This document shows, in pieces, positions 51,354 to 60,327 of a DNA stretch of 64,000 nt (positions are counted from its first letter, which is position 1; the number at the start of each line of letters is the position of its first letter). The notes beneath the pieces were generated by a model. That model saw nothing but the letters and a program-made list of their open reading frames with translations, made no database searches and had not been told where the DNA came from. This stretch comes from Acidobacteriota bacterium (GTDB lineage Bacteria; Acidobacteriota; Vicinamibacteria; Vicinamibacterales; 2-12-FULL-66-21): contig JBKPTE010000038.1 in the NCBI GenBank assembly GCA_046735335.1, positions 6,707 through 70,706 of the forward strand, in the 5' to 3' direction. The position numbers were made by a program, and so were the translations under genes.

Positions 51354-53089
51354 GACGGATCACCACCCGCTTCGCGCTGCTCATCGCAACGGCTGCCGTC
51401 GCACCGCTCGTGATCTATGGGGCCGTGTCCGTGAATTCCCTCCGGGACGGGACGCGCAACTCCGTGCGCGAAGGAAATCTCGGAGTCGCGCGCCAGGTTG
51501 CAGAGCAGATTCATCTCTATCTCGACAACAACACGCGTGTGCTCCGGTCTGCTGGCGTCGAGCTCACAGCGACTCGCCTGCAGCCGTGGCAGCAGACGCG
51601 GATCCTCCGCGATCACATCCTGGATTTTCCCGAGTTTCGAGAGCTCTCGCTCTTCGACGCGGGCGGGGAACTGATCGCAACCAGCCGTCTGTCCCAGACG
51701 ACGCTCTCGATGCCAGCGGGCGGCACCGGTCTCTCGAACGGCGTGTACGTGGCTCCCTTCAAAGTCGACGACGACCTCCTTCCCGCGACGACGATCGCCA
51801 TCCAGCTTCACTCCGGCTGGATCGTTGGCGAACTGTCGCTGGAAGAACTCTGGAGAATGGTCGACCGCATCCGTGTCGGCGAGGAAGGCTACGCGCTCGT
51901 CGTAGGCGAGGACGACCGCTTGATAGCCCACGGAAATCCGGACGAGAAGCGGCGCATCGCGATCAGCGATCAGCGGTCCGTCAGCCCCGGAATTCAGTTT
52001 GCCGAGCAGGCCCGGCACGATGCGAACGCAAAATTCACCGAATACTCCGACGAGAACGGCCGCCGGATGCTTGCGGTGGCCGCACCTGTGGCAAACGTGG
52101 GCTGGACAGTGGTCGTCGAACAGCCCACGAACGAGGCGTACGGGACGATGCACCGCCTCGAGCGGCAGCTCCTGGCGGCCATTGGCATCGCGCTCCTCGG
52201 CACCGTCGTCCTCGGCTATCTCTGGGGCCGATCGTTCATCCGCCGCATCTTCGCGCTGACGCGCGTGACGCGGTCGATCGCCGAAGGCAAGCTCGACTCG
52301 CGCGTCGCCATCAAGGGGCAGGACGAGATCCGCGAGCTGGGGGACGCCTTCAACTCGATGGCGGACCGCCTCGTCGAACTGCAGGAGGACATCCGCAAGC
52401 AGGAGCGGCAGGCGATGTTCGGCCGCATCGCCGCGGGCCTCGTGCACGACCTCTCGCATCCGATTCAGAACATCGGCAATTCCTGCAAGCTGATTCTGAA
52501 GATGTGGGACGACGCGGAGTACCGCGAGACGTTCAGGCGCATGGTGGAGCGCGAGATGATCATTGTCAAGCGCGTGCTCGACGACCTGCGCAACATCGCG
52601 CGGCCGATCCCGCTCGAGCGTTTCCCCGTCGACTTGAACCGCGCGGTGGCCGAAGTGGTCGAGTCGATGCAGCAGCACGCCGAGACCGCCGGCCTCACGC
52701 TGAAGGCGGAGCTCTCGCCCGAGAGCATCTTCATCGAGGGGGACGTGTTCGCGCTGGGGCGCGTCTACCGCAACCTGATTCTGAACGCGATCCAGGCCAC
52801 CGCGCCGGGCGGCCTGGTCGTCGCGGCGACCGAGGCGCGTCCCGGCCGCGCGCAGGTACGCATCTACGACACGGGCTGCGGCATCCCGGCCGACCGCCTG
52901 CACGCCATTTTCGAGGACTTCGTGACCACCAAGCGCCGCGGCCTGGGCCTCGGGCTCGCCATCTCCAAGAAGATCGTCGAGCAGCTTGGCGGCACGATCA
53001 GCGTGGCGAGCGAAGTCGGCAAGGGCACGACCTTCGTGCTGGAATTCCCGCGCACCGACGCCCGCCCGATGGCGCTGGTGGCAGGCTGA
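51350..53089 (+). CDS. sensor histidine kinase (TM, Cache-like, TM, HAMP, HisKA, HATPase)
   Basis: GTG 51350 overlaps the SBP stop (GTGA). H-box LVHDLSHP, N-box NLILNAIQA, G-boxes DTGCGI and GLGLGLAISK. Confidence 0.9.
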   Translation: MRRITTRFALLIATAAVAPLVIYGAVSVNSLRDGTRNSVREGNLGVARQVAEQIHLYLDNNTRVLRSAGVELTATRLQPWQQTRILRDHILDFPEFRELSLFDAGGELIATSRLSQTTLSMPAGGTGLSNGVYVAPFKVDDDLLPATTIAIQLHSGWIVGELSLEELWRMVDRIRVGEEGYALVVGEDDRLIAHGNPDEKRRIAISDQRSVSPGIQFAEQARHDANAKFTEYSDENGRRMLAVAAPVANVGWTVVVEQPTNEAYGTMHRLERQLLAAIGIALLGTVVLGYLWGRSFIRRIFALTRVTRSIAEGKLDSRVAIKGQDEIRELGDAFNSMADRLVELQEDIRKQERQAMFGRIAAGLVHDLSHPIQNIGNSCKLILKMWDDAEYRETFRRMVEREMIIVKRVLDDLRNIARPIPLERFPVDLNRAVAEVVESMQQHAETAGLTLKAELSPESIFIEGDVFALGRVYRNLILNAIQATAPGGLVVAATEARPGRAQVRIYDTGCGIPADRLHAIFEDFVTTKRRGLGLGLAISKKIVEQLGGTISVASEVGKGTTFVLEFPRTDARPMALVAG

Positions 53090-53165
53090 AACCCGGTTTG
53101 TTCGAAATCCGGGCGGCCGACGTTAATGGAACAAAGGGTGAGGAGTGAGCCCGGGGAGGACGGAC

Positions 53166-53411
53166 ATGCTTCGAAAACTCATTGAGACGCGAAATCTCGA
53201 GATCGACGGCCGCACGTATCAGACCCACTATTTCGAGATGCGGACGGCGCGCGGGGCGCGCCGCTACAGCTGCGAGGTCCTGCTGACGGCCGGGGATCGC
53301 ATCATCCTGGACGACGACACGCTGACGAGCCTGGAAGCCAAGGTCGCCCGGCTGGCGCCGGCGACCGTGTACAGCCGCGCGCTGGCCTCCCGCCGCTGGA
53401 TTGCCGCATAA
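53166..53411 (+). CDS. hypothetical 81-aa protein
   Basis: ATG 53166 has GGAGG 6 nt upstream. No recognisable domain. Confidence 0.45.
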   Translation: MLRKLIETRNLEIDGRTYQTHYFEMRTARGARRYSCEVLLTAGDRIILDDDTLTSLEAKVARLAPATVYSRALASRRWIAA

Positions 53412-53420
53412 CCCCGAAGT

Positions 53421-53500
53421 CCAACTCCCAACTTCCACGTCTCCGATTCCCGTCCGGCCGCTGGAGATTGGAACTTGGGAGTTGGACGTTGGGAGTTGCG
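53421..53500. repeat. inverted word repeat CCAACTCCCAACTTCCA ... TGGAACTTGGGAGTTGG (+ GTTGGGAGTTG)
   Basis: 16 of 17 complementary arms at 53421-53437 and 53469-53485, plus an extra direct copy. Sits between convergent genes. Confidence 0.8.
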
Positions 53501-53503
53501 AAA

Positions 53504-53803
53504 TTATTTCCGCGGAAGCACCGCGTCCTTCAGCTGCTTGGCGATGCGCGCCTTGACCACCGTCTTCGCGGGGATCTTGATCGCTTCGCCGGTCGCCGGG
53601 TTGCGGCCCATGCGCGCTTTCCGCTTCTGAACCACCAGCTTCACCATTCCCGGCAGCACGAACTCACCGGAGCGCTTCAGCTCCTTCTCGGCGAGCACGT
53701 TGAGCTCGTCGAAGAATTCGCGCGCCTGCGTCCGCTTCACCTCGAACCGATCGGCGAAGTGAGAGAAGAGTTCGGATTTGCCCATCCTGCGGGCCTCTGC
53801 CAT
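53504..53803 (-). CDS. HU/IHF-family DNA-binding protein
   Basis: 99 aa (or 93 aa from the internal ATG at 53785). Motif [16 protein letters not shown] is the typical HU arm. Confidence 0.9.
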   Translation of the reverse strand: MAEARRMGKSELFSHFADRFEVKRTQAREFFDELNVLAEKELKRSGEFVLPGMVKLVVQKRKARMGRNPATGEAIKIPAKTVVKARIAKQLKDAVLPRK

Positions 53804-54001
53804 CGGCTATTCCCCTTGCTTGGGCGCGCGTCCTCGAAGTCCGCATCACGGCCGCGCGCGCGGGCGGCGGCAGCGGAACACGTGCCCGCCCCGGTTGAAG
53901 CTGTGGCGGACATCTGCCGTGAATCAGCCCCGTATCCTAGCGCGCCGTCTTTTGCGGTGTCAATTGCGGGCGCGCCGAAAACCGCCGATTTCCGGCCTGA
54001 A

Positions 54002-54010
54002 TGCTACAAT
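54002..54010 (+). promoter_or_regulatory. extended -10 promoter TGcTACAAT placed for a leaderless queF mRNA
   Basis: The hexamer ends 6 nt before ATG 54017. No SD is present. Confidence 0.5.
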
Positions 54011-54016
54011 TTTTCG

Positions 54017-54367
54017 ATGCCGCCGCTCGAGACCTTCCCCAACCCGCAGCCCGGGCGCGACTACGAGATCGCGATCCGCTGCCCCGAGTTCACCTCCGTC
54101 TGCCCGAAGACGGGGCTGCCGGACTTCGGCGAGATCCGCATCAGCTACACGCCGGACGAACGCTGCATCGAGTTGAAATCGTTGAAGTACTATCTCATCG
54201 ATTTCCGCAACAAAGGGATCTTCTACGAGGCGGTTACGAACCAGATCCTCGACGACCTGGTCGCCGCGTGCCAGCCGCGCAGGATGACGGTGGTCGGCGA
54301 TTTCTCCGTCCGGGGCGGCATCTCGACGACTGTCACCGCGGTGTACGAGAAGAACCCGAAGAGGTAG
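54017..54367 (+). CDS. queF: NADPH-dependent 7-cyano-7-deazaguanine reductase
   Basis: 116 aa, type I QueF. Motifs [15 protein letters not shown] and ELKSLKYYL. Confidence 0.92.
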   Translation: MPPLETFPNPQPGRDYEIAIRCPEFTSVCPKTGLPDFGEIRISYTPDERCIELKSLKYYLIDFRNKGIFYEAVTNQILDDLVAACQPRRMTVVGDFSVRGGISTTVTAVYEKNPKR

Positions 54368-54371
54368 ACCG

Positions 54372-54647
54372 CTGGCGCACGAGATCCCGATCGAGGGAAC
54401 GCTCGATCTCCATGCGTTCGCCCCGCGCGACATTCCCTCGGTGGTCGAAGAGTACGTGACGGCCGCCCGCGCTGCGGGGCTCGAAGAGGTCCGGCTGATT
54501 CACGGCCGGGGCAGGGGAATTCAGCGCGGGATCGTGCAGGCCGCGCTCGAGCGGCATCCGCTGGTCATCGAATTCTACGACGCGCCCGAGTCGCATCTGG
54601 GCGCCACGGTGGCGATCCTGCGCAGTCGCGACCCTGCTGCCGGCTGA
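54372..54647 (+). CDS. stand-alone Smr domain protein, apparent CTG start
   Basis: The Smr motifs LDLHAF and LIHGRGRG are in frame, but the first ATG/GTG/TTG (54441) falls after LDLH. CTG 54372 has AAGAGG 7 nt upstream. Confidence 0.55.
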   Translation: MAHEIPIEGTLDLHAFAPRDIPSVVEEYVTAARAAGLEEVRLIHGRGRGIQRGIVQAALERHPLVIEFYDAPESHLGATVAILRSRDPAAG

Positions 54648-54652
54648 AGCCC

Positions 54653-55351
54653 TCAGAACACGCCGGGCAGGACGCGCCAGCGCACCCGCTGCATGTAGTC
54701 GCGGTACCCGGCATCGTGGCCGAGCGCGCGCTCCTCGTACAGGGCCCTGAACATCATCGCGATGTCGGCGACGACGAGCAGCGAGATATTCCACGCCGAC
54801 GCGTTCGCGAGCAGGAAGCCGACGTGGGTCGTCATGTACCCGAGGTAGATGGGATGCCGGACGAAGCGGTAGACGCCCGAGCAGACCACGCCGCGGTTCG
54901 CCGGCGTCAATCCGAAGCTCCGTCCGAGCGACAGCTTGCCGAGCACGACGACCACGAGCCCCAGACCCGTAATCATCGCCGTGAGCATTTCCGGTGCGAG
55001 CGCCATGAACGACGCCGGACGCACGAGCGGAGGCCCGAACATCGACAACGCCGTCAGGAGCCGCGCGGTGGGCGTGCGATCCACGAGGGCGGCCGGGCGC
55101 CTGAACATCGTGAGCACGACTACGAGCGCTTCGCTCACCAGCAGCAGCACGCCCGTGACGTGGCCCGTCGCGCGCGCGTCCGCCGCGAGGCGAACGGCCA
55201 TCAGCGAGAACAGGACGACGATGATCGTTTTCGACACCAGCTCGCCGAGATCGCGCGTGCGCGCGTCCGGATCGGAAACCGGAATCGCGACCGGCCGCCG
55301 CGCAAGGCTGCGCGCGATGCCGGGCGGCGCGTCGAGGGCCAGGCGCTTCAT
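54653..55351 (-). CDS. isoprenylcysteine carboxyl methyltransferase (ICMT/PEMT) family membrane methyltransferase
   Basis: 232 aa from ATG 55351, which overlaps the upstream stop (ATGA). Motifs VRHPIYLGY and EERAL..GYRDYMQRV. Confidence 0.82.
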   Translation of the reverse strand: MKRLALDAPPGIARSLARRPVAIPVSDPDARTRDLGELVSKTIIVVLFSLMAVRLAADARATGHVTGVLLLVSEALVVVLTMFRRPAALVDRTPTARLLTALSMFGPPLVRPASFMALAPEMLTAMITGLGLVVVVLGKLSLGRSFGLTPANRGVVCSGVYRFVRHPIYLGYMTTHVGFLLANASAWNISLLVVADIAMMFRALYEERALGHDAGYRDYMQRVRWRVLPGVF

Positions 55352-56679
55352 GCCTCGTTCCCCTGCGACGCCACCTCCTCGAGGAAGTAGCTCGCGCACG
55401 CCGCATCGAGCAGCTCGCGCGTGATGAGCGGCTCGCGCTGCTGATAGCGGCACATGTCGACGACCTGCTCGATCAAATCGCGCGGATGGCAGGCGCGCAT
55501 CTGGATCTTCCGGGGCTGGTAATACTTCCGCTGCAGGTAGTCGATCATCACGGGGTCGAACGCCAGCGACCGCTTGCGGCAGTTCATCTCGAAGATCTGC
55601 GCGTACTCTTCGCGCGTGGGATTCTTCGCGCGGATCTTGTACGGAATACGGCGCAGGAACGCCTCGTCCGCGAGCGAATCCGGCTTGAGGTTCGTCGCGA
55701 AGATGATGAACACGTTGAACGGGATCTCGAACTTGCGCCCCGTGTGGAGCGTCAGGAAATCGACGCGGCTCTCGAGCGGCACGATCCAGCGGTTCAGGAG
55801 ATCGCGCGGGGGAATCCGCTGCCGCCCGAAGTCGTCGACGACGAATACGCCGCCGTTCGCCTTCAGCTGGATCGGCGCTTCGTAGAACTTGGAGATAGGG
55901 TTGAACGACAGGTCGAGCATCTCGAGCGTCAGCTCGCCTCCAACCACGACGACCGGCCGGCGGATCTGCTCCCACCGGCGATCGTGCTCGGTCTGCGCGA
56001 TCACGCTCTGCGCAGATCCGACAGGGGTGGTCAGTGTGTGGTTGACCGGATCCAGCATCGTGATGACCTGCCCGTCGACGTCGACGGCGTGCGGCACGTG
56101 CATGTCGCTGCCCAGCGCGCGGCCGATCCCTTCGGCGACGACCGTTTTACCGTTGCCCGGCGCGCCGTAGAGGAACAGCGCCTTCCCGGAGTTCACGGCC
56201 GGTCCGAGGAGGTCGTACATGCCCTGGCTCACGATCAGGTTCGTGAACCCCGTCGACAGACGGTTCCGATCCACCCACGGCTTCGCCGCCATGGCGGCGC
56301 GCACGTACGCGTTGTACTGCGAAAGCGGAACCGGGGCAGGGCCGACGTAGCGATTCAGATCGAGGAACTGCATCGCGCGTTCGCGGCCGAGATCCGTCAG
56401 CGCATAGCGATACCCCGCCGAGCCCGCGCCACTCGCGCCGCGCACCTCGATCAGCTTCTCGACCCGTGCGTGCTGGATGAGCGCATCGAGGACGGAATAC
56501 GGCAGCCGGAGCGCCTCGGACAGCTGGGTCCCGCTCGCCTCGCCCGTGACGAGCGTCTTCAGCATCAGCTGCGCGAGGACGTCCGGGTGCAGCCCCGTTT
56601 CCGCAATGGTTACCGGCGGCGCGGGGGGCATGGGCGCCTCGAGCACGCGCGGCTCGAACGTAGCAACGGTGGCGGTCAT
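55348..56679 (-). CDS. AAA+ ATPase with N-terminal winged-helix-like domain
   Basis: 443 aa from ATG 56679 (ATGA overlap). Walker A GAPGNGKT, Walker B VFVVDDFG, sensor FIIFATN. Confidence 0.8.
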   Translation of the reverse strand: MTATVATFEPRVLEAPMPPAPPVTIAETGLHPDVLAQLMLKTLVTGEASGTQLSEALRLPYSVLDALIQHARVEKLIEVRGASGAGSAGYRYALTDLGRERAMQFLDLNRYVGPAPVPLSQYNAYVRAAMAAKPWVDRNRLSTGFTNLIVSQGMYDLLGPAVNSGKALFLYGAPGNGKTVVAEGIGRALGSDMHVPHAVDVDGQVITMLDPVNHTLTTPVGSAQSVIAQTEHDRRWEQIRRPVVVVGGELTLEMLDLSFNPISKFYEAPIQLKANGGVFVVDDFGRQRIPPRDLLNRWIVPLESRVDFLTLHTGRKFEIPFNVFIIFATNLKPDSLADEAFLRRIPYKIRAKNPTREEYAQIFEMNCRKRSLAFDPVMIDYLQRKYYQPRKIQMRACHPRDLIEQVVDMCRYQQREPLITRELLDAACASYFLEEVASQGNEA

Positions 56680-57059
56680 CCTGCCAGCTCCTGCGGTTGG
56701 GTGTCCATCGTTTCGAACAGAATTCGATGCCCGATCGTCGTGCCCGACTCGGCAACGCGGCCCGCGGGAAGCTCCAGCACGCCTGCCGTTCCGCGCCGCG
56801 GCAGCCGGACGCGCCACGGCTTCAGGTTCGAGACGCAGTCGATCACGATGCCTTCCTCGTCGAGCGCCACGACGTCGATCGTGAACCGCATCCCCCACGT
56901 GTGGACGCCGCGGCTGGGCACGATCCAGAGCGCCTCGCCCGGTTCGAGGCCGGTGCGCGCGAGCAGTCCGACCGCCCGCTCCGCGCGCGTGATCGCCACG
57001 CCGACCCGATCAGCGACGACGATTCCCCGGTTCGTGTTGCGCGCGATGAGGCGCTTCAT
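56676..57059 (-). CDS. DUF192 domain protein
   Basis: 127 aa. Motif block GEALWIVPSRGVHTWGMRFTIDVVALD is typical of DUF192/COG1430. Confidence 0.75.
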   Translation of the reverse strand: MKRLIARNTNRGIVVADRVGVAITRAERAVGLLARTGLEPGEALWIVPSRGVHTWGMRFTIDVVALDEEGIVIDCVSNLKPWRVRLPRRGTAGVLELPAGRVAESGTTIGHRILFETMDTQPQELAG

Positions 57060-57071
57060 CTCGTGTCCCGA

Positions 57072-57989
57072 TTACTTGGTCGTGTTCTGAATCATCGGGA
57101 AGAGCACGCGGACGAATCGAATCGCGGCCGGTCCGATCGTGACGACCCAGATTGCGGGAAAGATGCAGAGGACGAGCGGGAACACCATCTTGACGCCCGT
57201 CTTCGCCGCCGCTTCTTCCGCGCGCTGCCGTCGCTTCGTGCGCAGCGTCTCGGAGTAGACGCGCAGCGATTGCGCGACGCTCGTGCCGAACTTGTCCGTC
57301 TGGATGAGCATGGTGACGAGCGAGCTGAGGTCGTCGACGCCGGTGCGATCCGCCAAATTCCTGAGCGCCTCGGGACGCGGCTTGCCAGCGCGCAGTTCCA
57401 GGTTGATCAACCGCAGCTCGTCCGAGAGCTCGGGGTACGCGAACGCCAGCTCCTGACCGACGCGCGTGAGCGCCTGGTCGAGCCCGAGGCCCGCCTCGAC
57501 GCTGACCACGAGCAGGTCGAGCATGTCGGCGAGCGAGAGACGAATCCGATGGGCGCGGCGCTTCGCCAGGCGGGCGAGCACCATGCCCGGGAGGACGTAG
57601 CCGAGACCCAGTCCGCCAAGAGCCATCATGAGATTCGGCTTCGCTATGACCGAGGTCGCGAACAGCGCGAACAGCAGCAGCGAAAACGCCACGCGGATCC
57701 CGAAGAAGATCGTGAGCGCTTCGTCGCGGCGATAGCCGGCCTGCACGAGCCTGAGGCGGAGCGGGCCGATCTCGCGCGCCGATTTCGGGGCCTTTTCGCC
57801 GAGCCGCTTCAGCGTCTTGACCAGACGTTCGAGCCTGGGCTTTCCCTCGCCGGGCTCCCGCCCCATCGTCAGCTCTTCGAGCCGGCGGTCGATCGCGACG
57901 GCGCGCGACGGCATGAAGGCGTAGGCGGCAGCCGCCACGAGGGCGGAGCCGAAGACGAACGCGAGCACCGGCAGCATCATCGTCGTCAC
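57072..57989 (-). CDS. tadC: Tad pilus inner-membrane platform protein TadC (T2SS F family)
   Basis: 305 aa, T2SSF-type domain, located after tadB. Confidence 0.85.
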   Translation of the reverse strand: MTTMMLPVLAFVFGSALVAAAAYAFMPSRAVAIDRRLEELTMGREPGEGKPRLERLVKTLKRLGEKAPKSAREIGPLRLRLVQAGYRRDEALTIFFGIRVAFSLLLFALFATSVIAKPNLMMALGGLGLGYVLPGMVLARLAKRRAHRIRLSLADMLDLLVVSVEAGLGLDQALTRVGQELAFAYPELSDELRLINLELRAGKPRPEALRNLADRTGVDDLSSLVTMLIQTDKFGTSVAQSLRVYSETLRTKRRQRAEEAAAKTGVKMVFPLVLCIFPAIWVVTIGPAAIRFVRVLFPMIQNTTK

Positions 57990-57991
57990 GG

Positions 57992-58960
57992 CTACACCTC
58001 GATCTTGATGACCTGTTTAATCCAGATGTACCCGGCGAACTGCATGCCGGCCGCGGCGATCAGCATGATGTGGCCCATGCGGTCTTTGAACAGGAGCTCC
58101 ATATGCTCGGGGTTGATGAAGCTGAGCGCGATCACGAGAAACGCCGGCAATGCCAGCAGCACGTAGCCGGTGAGGCGGCCGTGCGCCGTATAGACGCGCA
58201 CCTGGCGGAGAATCTTGAAGCGCTCCCGCACGACGTGGGCGAGGTTCTCGAGGATCTCGGAAAGATTGCCGCCCGTCTCGCGTTGAATCAGCACCGCGGT
58301 CGCGAAGAAGCGCACGTCGATCAGCGGGATGCGCTCGGTGAGGTTGTTCAGCGCATCCTTCAGCGGCAGACCGAAGTTCTGCTCGTCGAACGTCTTCCGG
58401 AACTCGGGCCCGATCGGCTCGGGCATCTCGTCCGCGACCATCTTCAGCCCCGTGACGAACGCGTGGCCCGCTTTCAGCGCGCGGGCGATCAGATCCAGCG
58501 CCTCGGGGAATGCTTCCTCGAACGCGCGTAGGCGCCGCGTCCGCTTGGCGCGCAGGAAGATGAAGGGCGCCGCGAACCCGAGGATGCCGCCAATGAGCTG
58601 GCCTGCCGCCATCCGCATCGCCATGCCGCACGCGAACGCGGACAGGACGCCGAGGCCCGCGGCCACGAGCAGGAGCCCGCTGACGCTGATCTTCACCCCC
58701 GTTTGCTCGACCCACATCCCGAGCGCCGAGCCTTTCGACGTGCCGCTCACCAGGCGGTCCAGGAAGGGCAGCGGGCCTTCTTCCTTCGTCTTCACCAGGC
58801 CGGCCTGGGGCTGATCGGTGTCGACGGGGCGGATCACTTCGTCGAGGCGGGTTTCCAGCTTGTGCTGCGCGAGCATGCCGGGCAGCTTCGCGACGCCGAA
58901 GTACACGCCGACCACCGCACCGGCCCCGAGGATGAACATGAACAGAATCGCAAGCGCCAT
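57992..58960 (-). CDS. tadB: Tad pilus inner-membrane platform protein TadB (T2SS F family)
   Basis: ATG 58960 overlaps the cpaF stop (TAATG). T2SSF-type domain. Confidence 0.85.
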   Translation of the reverse strand: MALAILFMFILGAGAVVGVYFGVAKLPGMLAQHKLETRLDEVIRPVDTDQPQAGLVKTKEEGPLPFLDRLVSGTSKGSALGMWVEQTGVKISVSGLLLVAAGLGVLSAFACGMAMRMAAGQLIGGILGFAAPFIFLRAKRTRRLRAFEEAFPEALDLIARALKAGHAFVTGLKMVADEMPEPIGPEFRKTFDEQNFGLPLKDALNNLTERIPLIDVRFFATAVLIQRETGGNLSEILENLAHVVRERFKILRQVRVYTAHGRLTGYVLLALPAFLVIALSFINPEHMELLFKDRMGHIMLIAAAGMQFAGYIWIKQVIKIEV

Positions 58961-60312
58961 TACCGGACCTCCGTGACGCCTTCGAACATGTCCGGCGGCA
59001 GGATGACGCCCGAGGCCTTCAGACGTTCGCACGCCTTCGGCCGGACGCCGGTGGCGCGGAAGCGTCCGATGACCTTGCCGTCGCCGTTCACGCCCAGCTT
59101 CTCGAACAGGAAGATCTCCTGCATCGTGATCACGTCGCCTTCCATGCCCGTGATCTCCGAGATGCTGGTCACCTTGCGCGTGCCGTCGCTCATGCGCGAC
59201 TGCTGGATGACGATCTGGATCGCGGCCGCGATCTGCTGCCGCATCGCGCGCTCGGGCAGGTTCGTCGCGCCCATCGCGATCATCGTCTCGATTCTCGACA
59301 GCGCGTCGCGAGGCGAGTTCGCGTGGACGGTCGTGAGCGACCCGTCGTGGCCGGTGTTCATGGCCTGGAGCATGTCGAGCGCCTCCTCGCCTCGCGTTTC
59401 GCCGACCACGATGCGATCCGGCCGCATACGCAGCGCGTTGACCAGCAGCTGCCGCTGGCGGATCGCGCCCTTGCCCTCGACGTTTGGTGGACGCGTTTCG
59501 AGCCGCGCCACGTGCTCCTGGTGGAGCTGGAGCTCCGCCGCGTCCTCGATCGTGACGATGCGCTCGCGCTCGGAGATGAACGCCGACAGGACGTTCAGCA
59601 GCGTCGTCTTCCCGGCGCCCGTTCCTCCGCTGATCAGCATGTTCAGCCGCGCCTTGACGCAGTGCTGCAGGAACTCGAGCATCGGGCGCGTGAGCGATCG
59701 GATGGTGACGAGGTCCTCGGCCTTCAGGCGCTCGGCGGGAAAGCGCCGGATGGAGAGGAGCGGGCCGTCGACGGCGAGCGGCGGAATGATCGCATTCACG
59801 CGCGATCCGTCTGCCAGGCGGGCGTCCACCATCGGCGAGCTGTCGTCGACACGCCGGCCGACGCCGCTGACGATGCGATCGATGACGCGCATCAGATGCT
59901 TGTCGTCCTGGAACGTCGTCGGCAGGCGATCGAGCTTGCCCTGGCGCTCGACGTAGACGTGCTTGTAGGTGTTGACCAGGATATCGCTGACGCCCGGATC
60001 CCGCAGCAGCGGCTCGAGCGGACCGAGCCCGAAGACCTCATCGATGATGTCGGCGAAGATCAGGTCCCGATCGGCGAGGGTCAGCGGCATGCCTTCTTCG
60101 GCGATCAAGTCGAACAGGAGCGTGCGGATTTCGGCTTCCGCGCGGGCGCGCTCCGCTGAGGCGAGCGCCTCGAGGTTCAGCCGGTTCAACAGCTTCTTGT
60201 GAACGTTGGCCTTCAGCTCGAGATACTGCGTACGCGGGGCCTCCGACCGCGGCTGCGGACGAGGCGAACCAGGCGCCGTGGTGGGCGGCACAATCGACAG
60301 CGGTGAACTCAT
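58960..60312 (-). CDS. cpaF: Tad/Flp pilus assembly ATPase CpaF/TadA
   Basis: 450 aa. Walker [10 protein letters not shown], Asp box, Walker B and His box (TGHDGS). Confidence 0.93.
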   Translation of the reverse strand: MSSPLSIVPPTTAPGSPRPQPRSEAPRTQYLELKANVHKKLLNRLNLEALASAERARAEAEIRTLLFDLIAEEGMPLTLADRDLIFADIIDEVFGLGPLEPLLRDPGVSDILVNTYKHVYVERQGKLDRLPTTFQDDKHLMRVIDRIVSGVGRRVDDSSPMVDARLADGSRVNAIIPPLAVDGPLLSIRRFPAERLKAEDLVTIRSLTRPMLEFLQHCVKARLNMLISGGTGAGKTTLLNVLSAFISERERIVTIEDAAELQLHQEHVARLETRPPNVEGKGAIRQRQLLVNALRMRPDRIVVGETRGEEALDMLQAMNTGHDGSLTTVHANSPRDALSRIETMIAMGATNLPERAMRQQIAAAIQIVIQQSRMSDGTRKVTSISEITGMEGDVITMQEIFLFEKLGVNGDGKVIGRFRATGVRPKACERLKASGVILPPDMFEGVTEVR

Positions 60313-60327
60313 GGTCCCGAGGCTCCC

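Noticed and set aside
53804-54016. preQ1 riboswitch or other leader RNA upstream of queF.
   Set aside because: The best promoter (TGcTACAAT) ends 6 nt from the ATG and leaves no 5' UTR. I could not recognise a preQ1 aptamer-like hairpin with an A-rich tail in the region.
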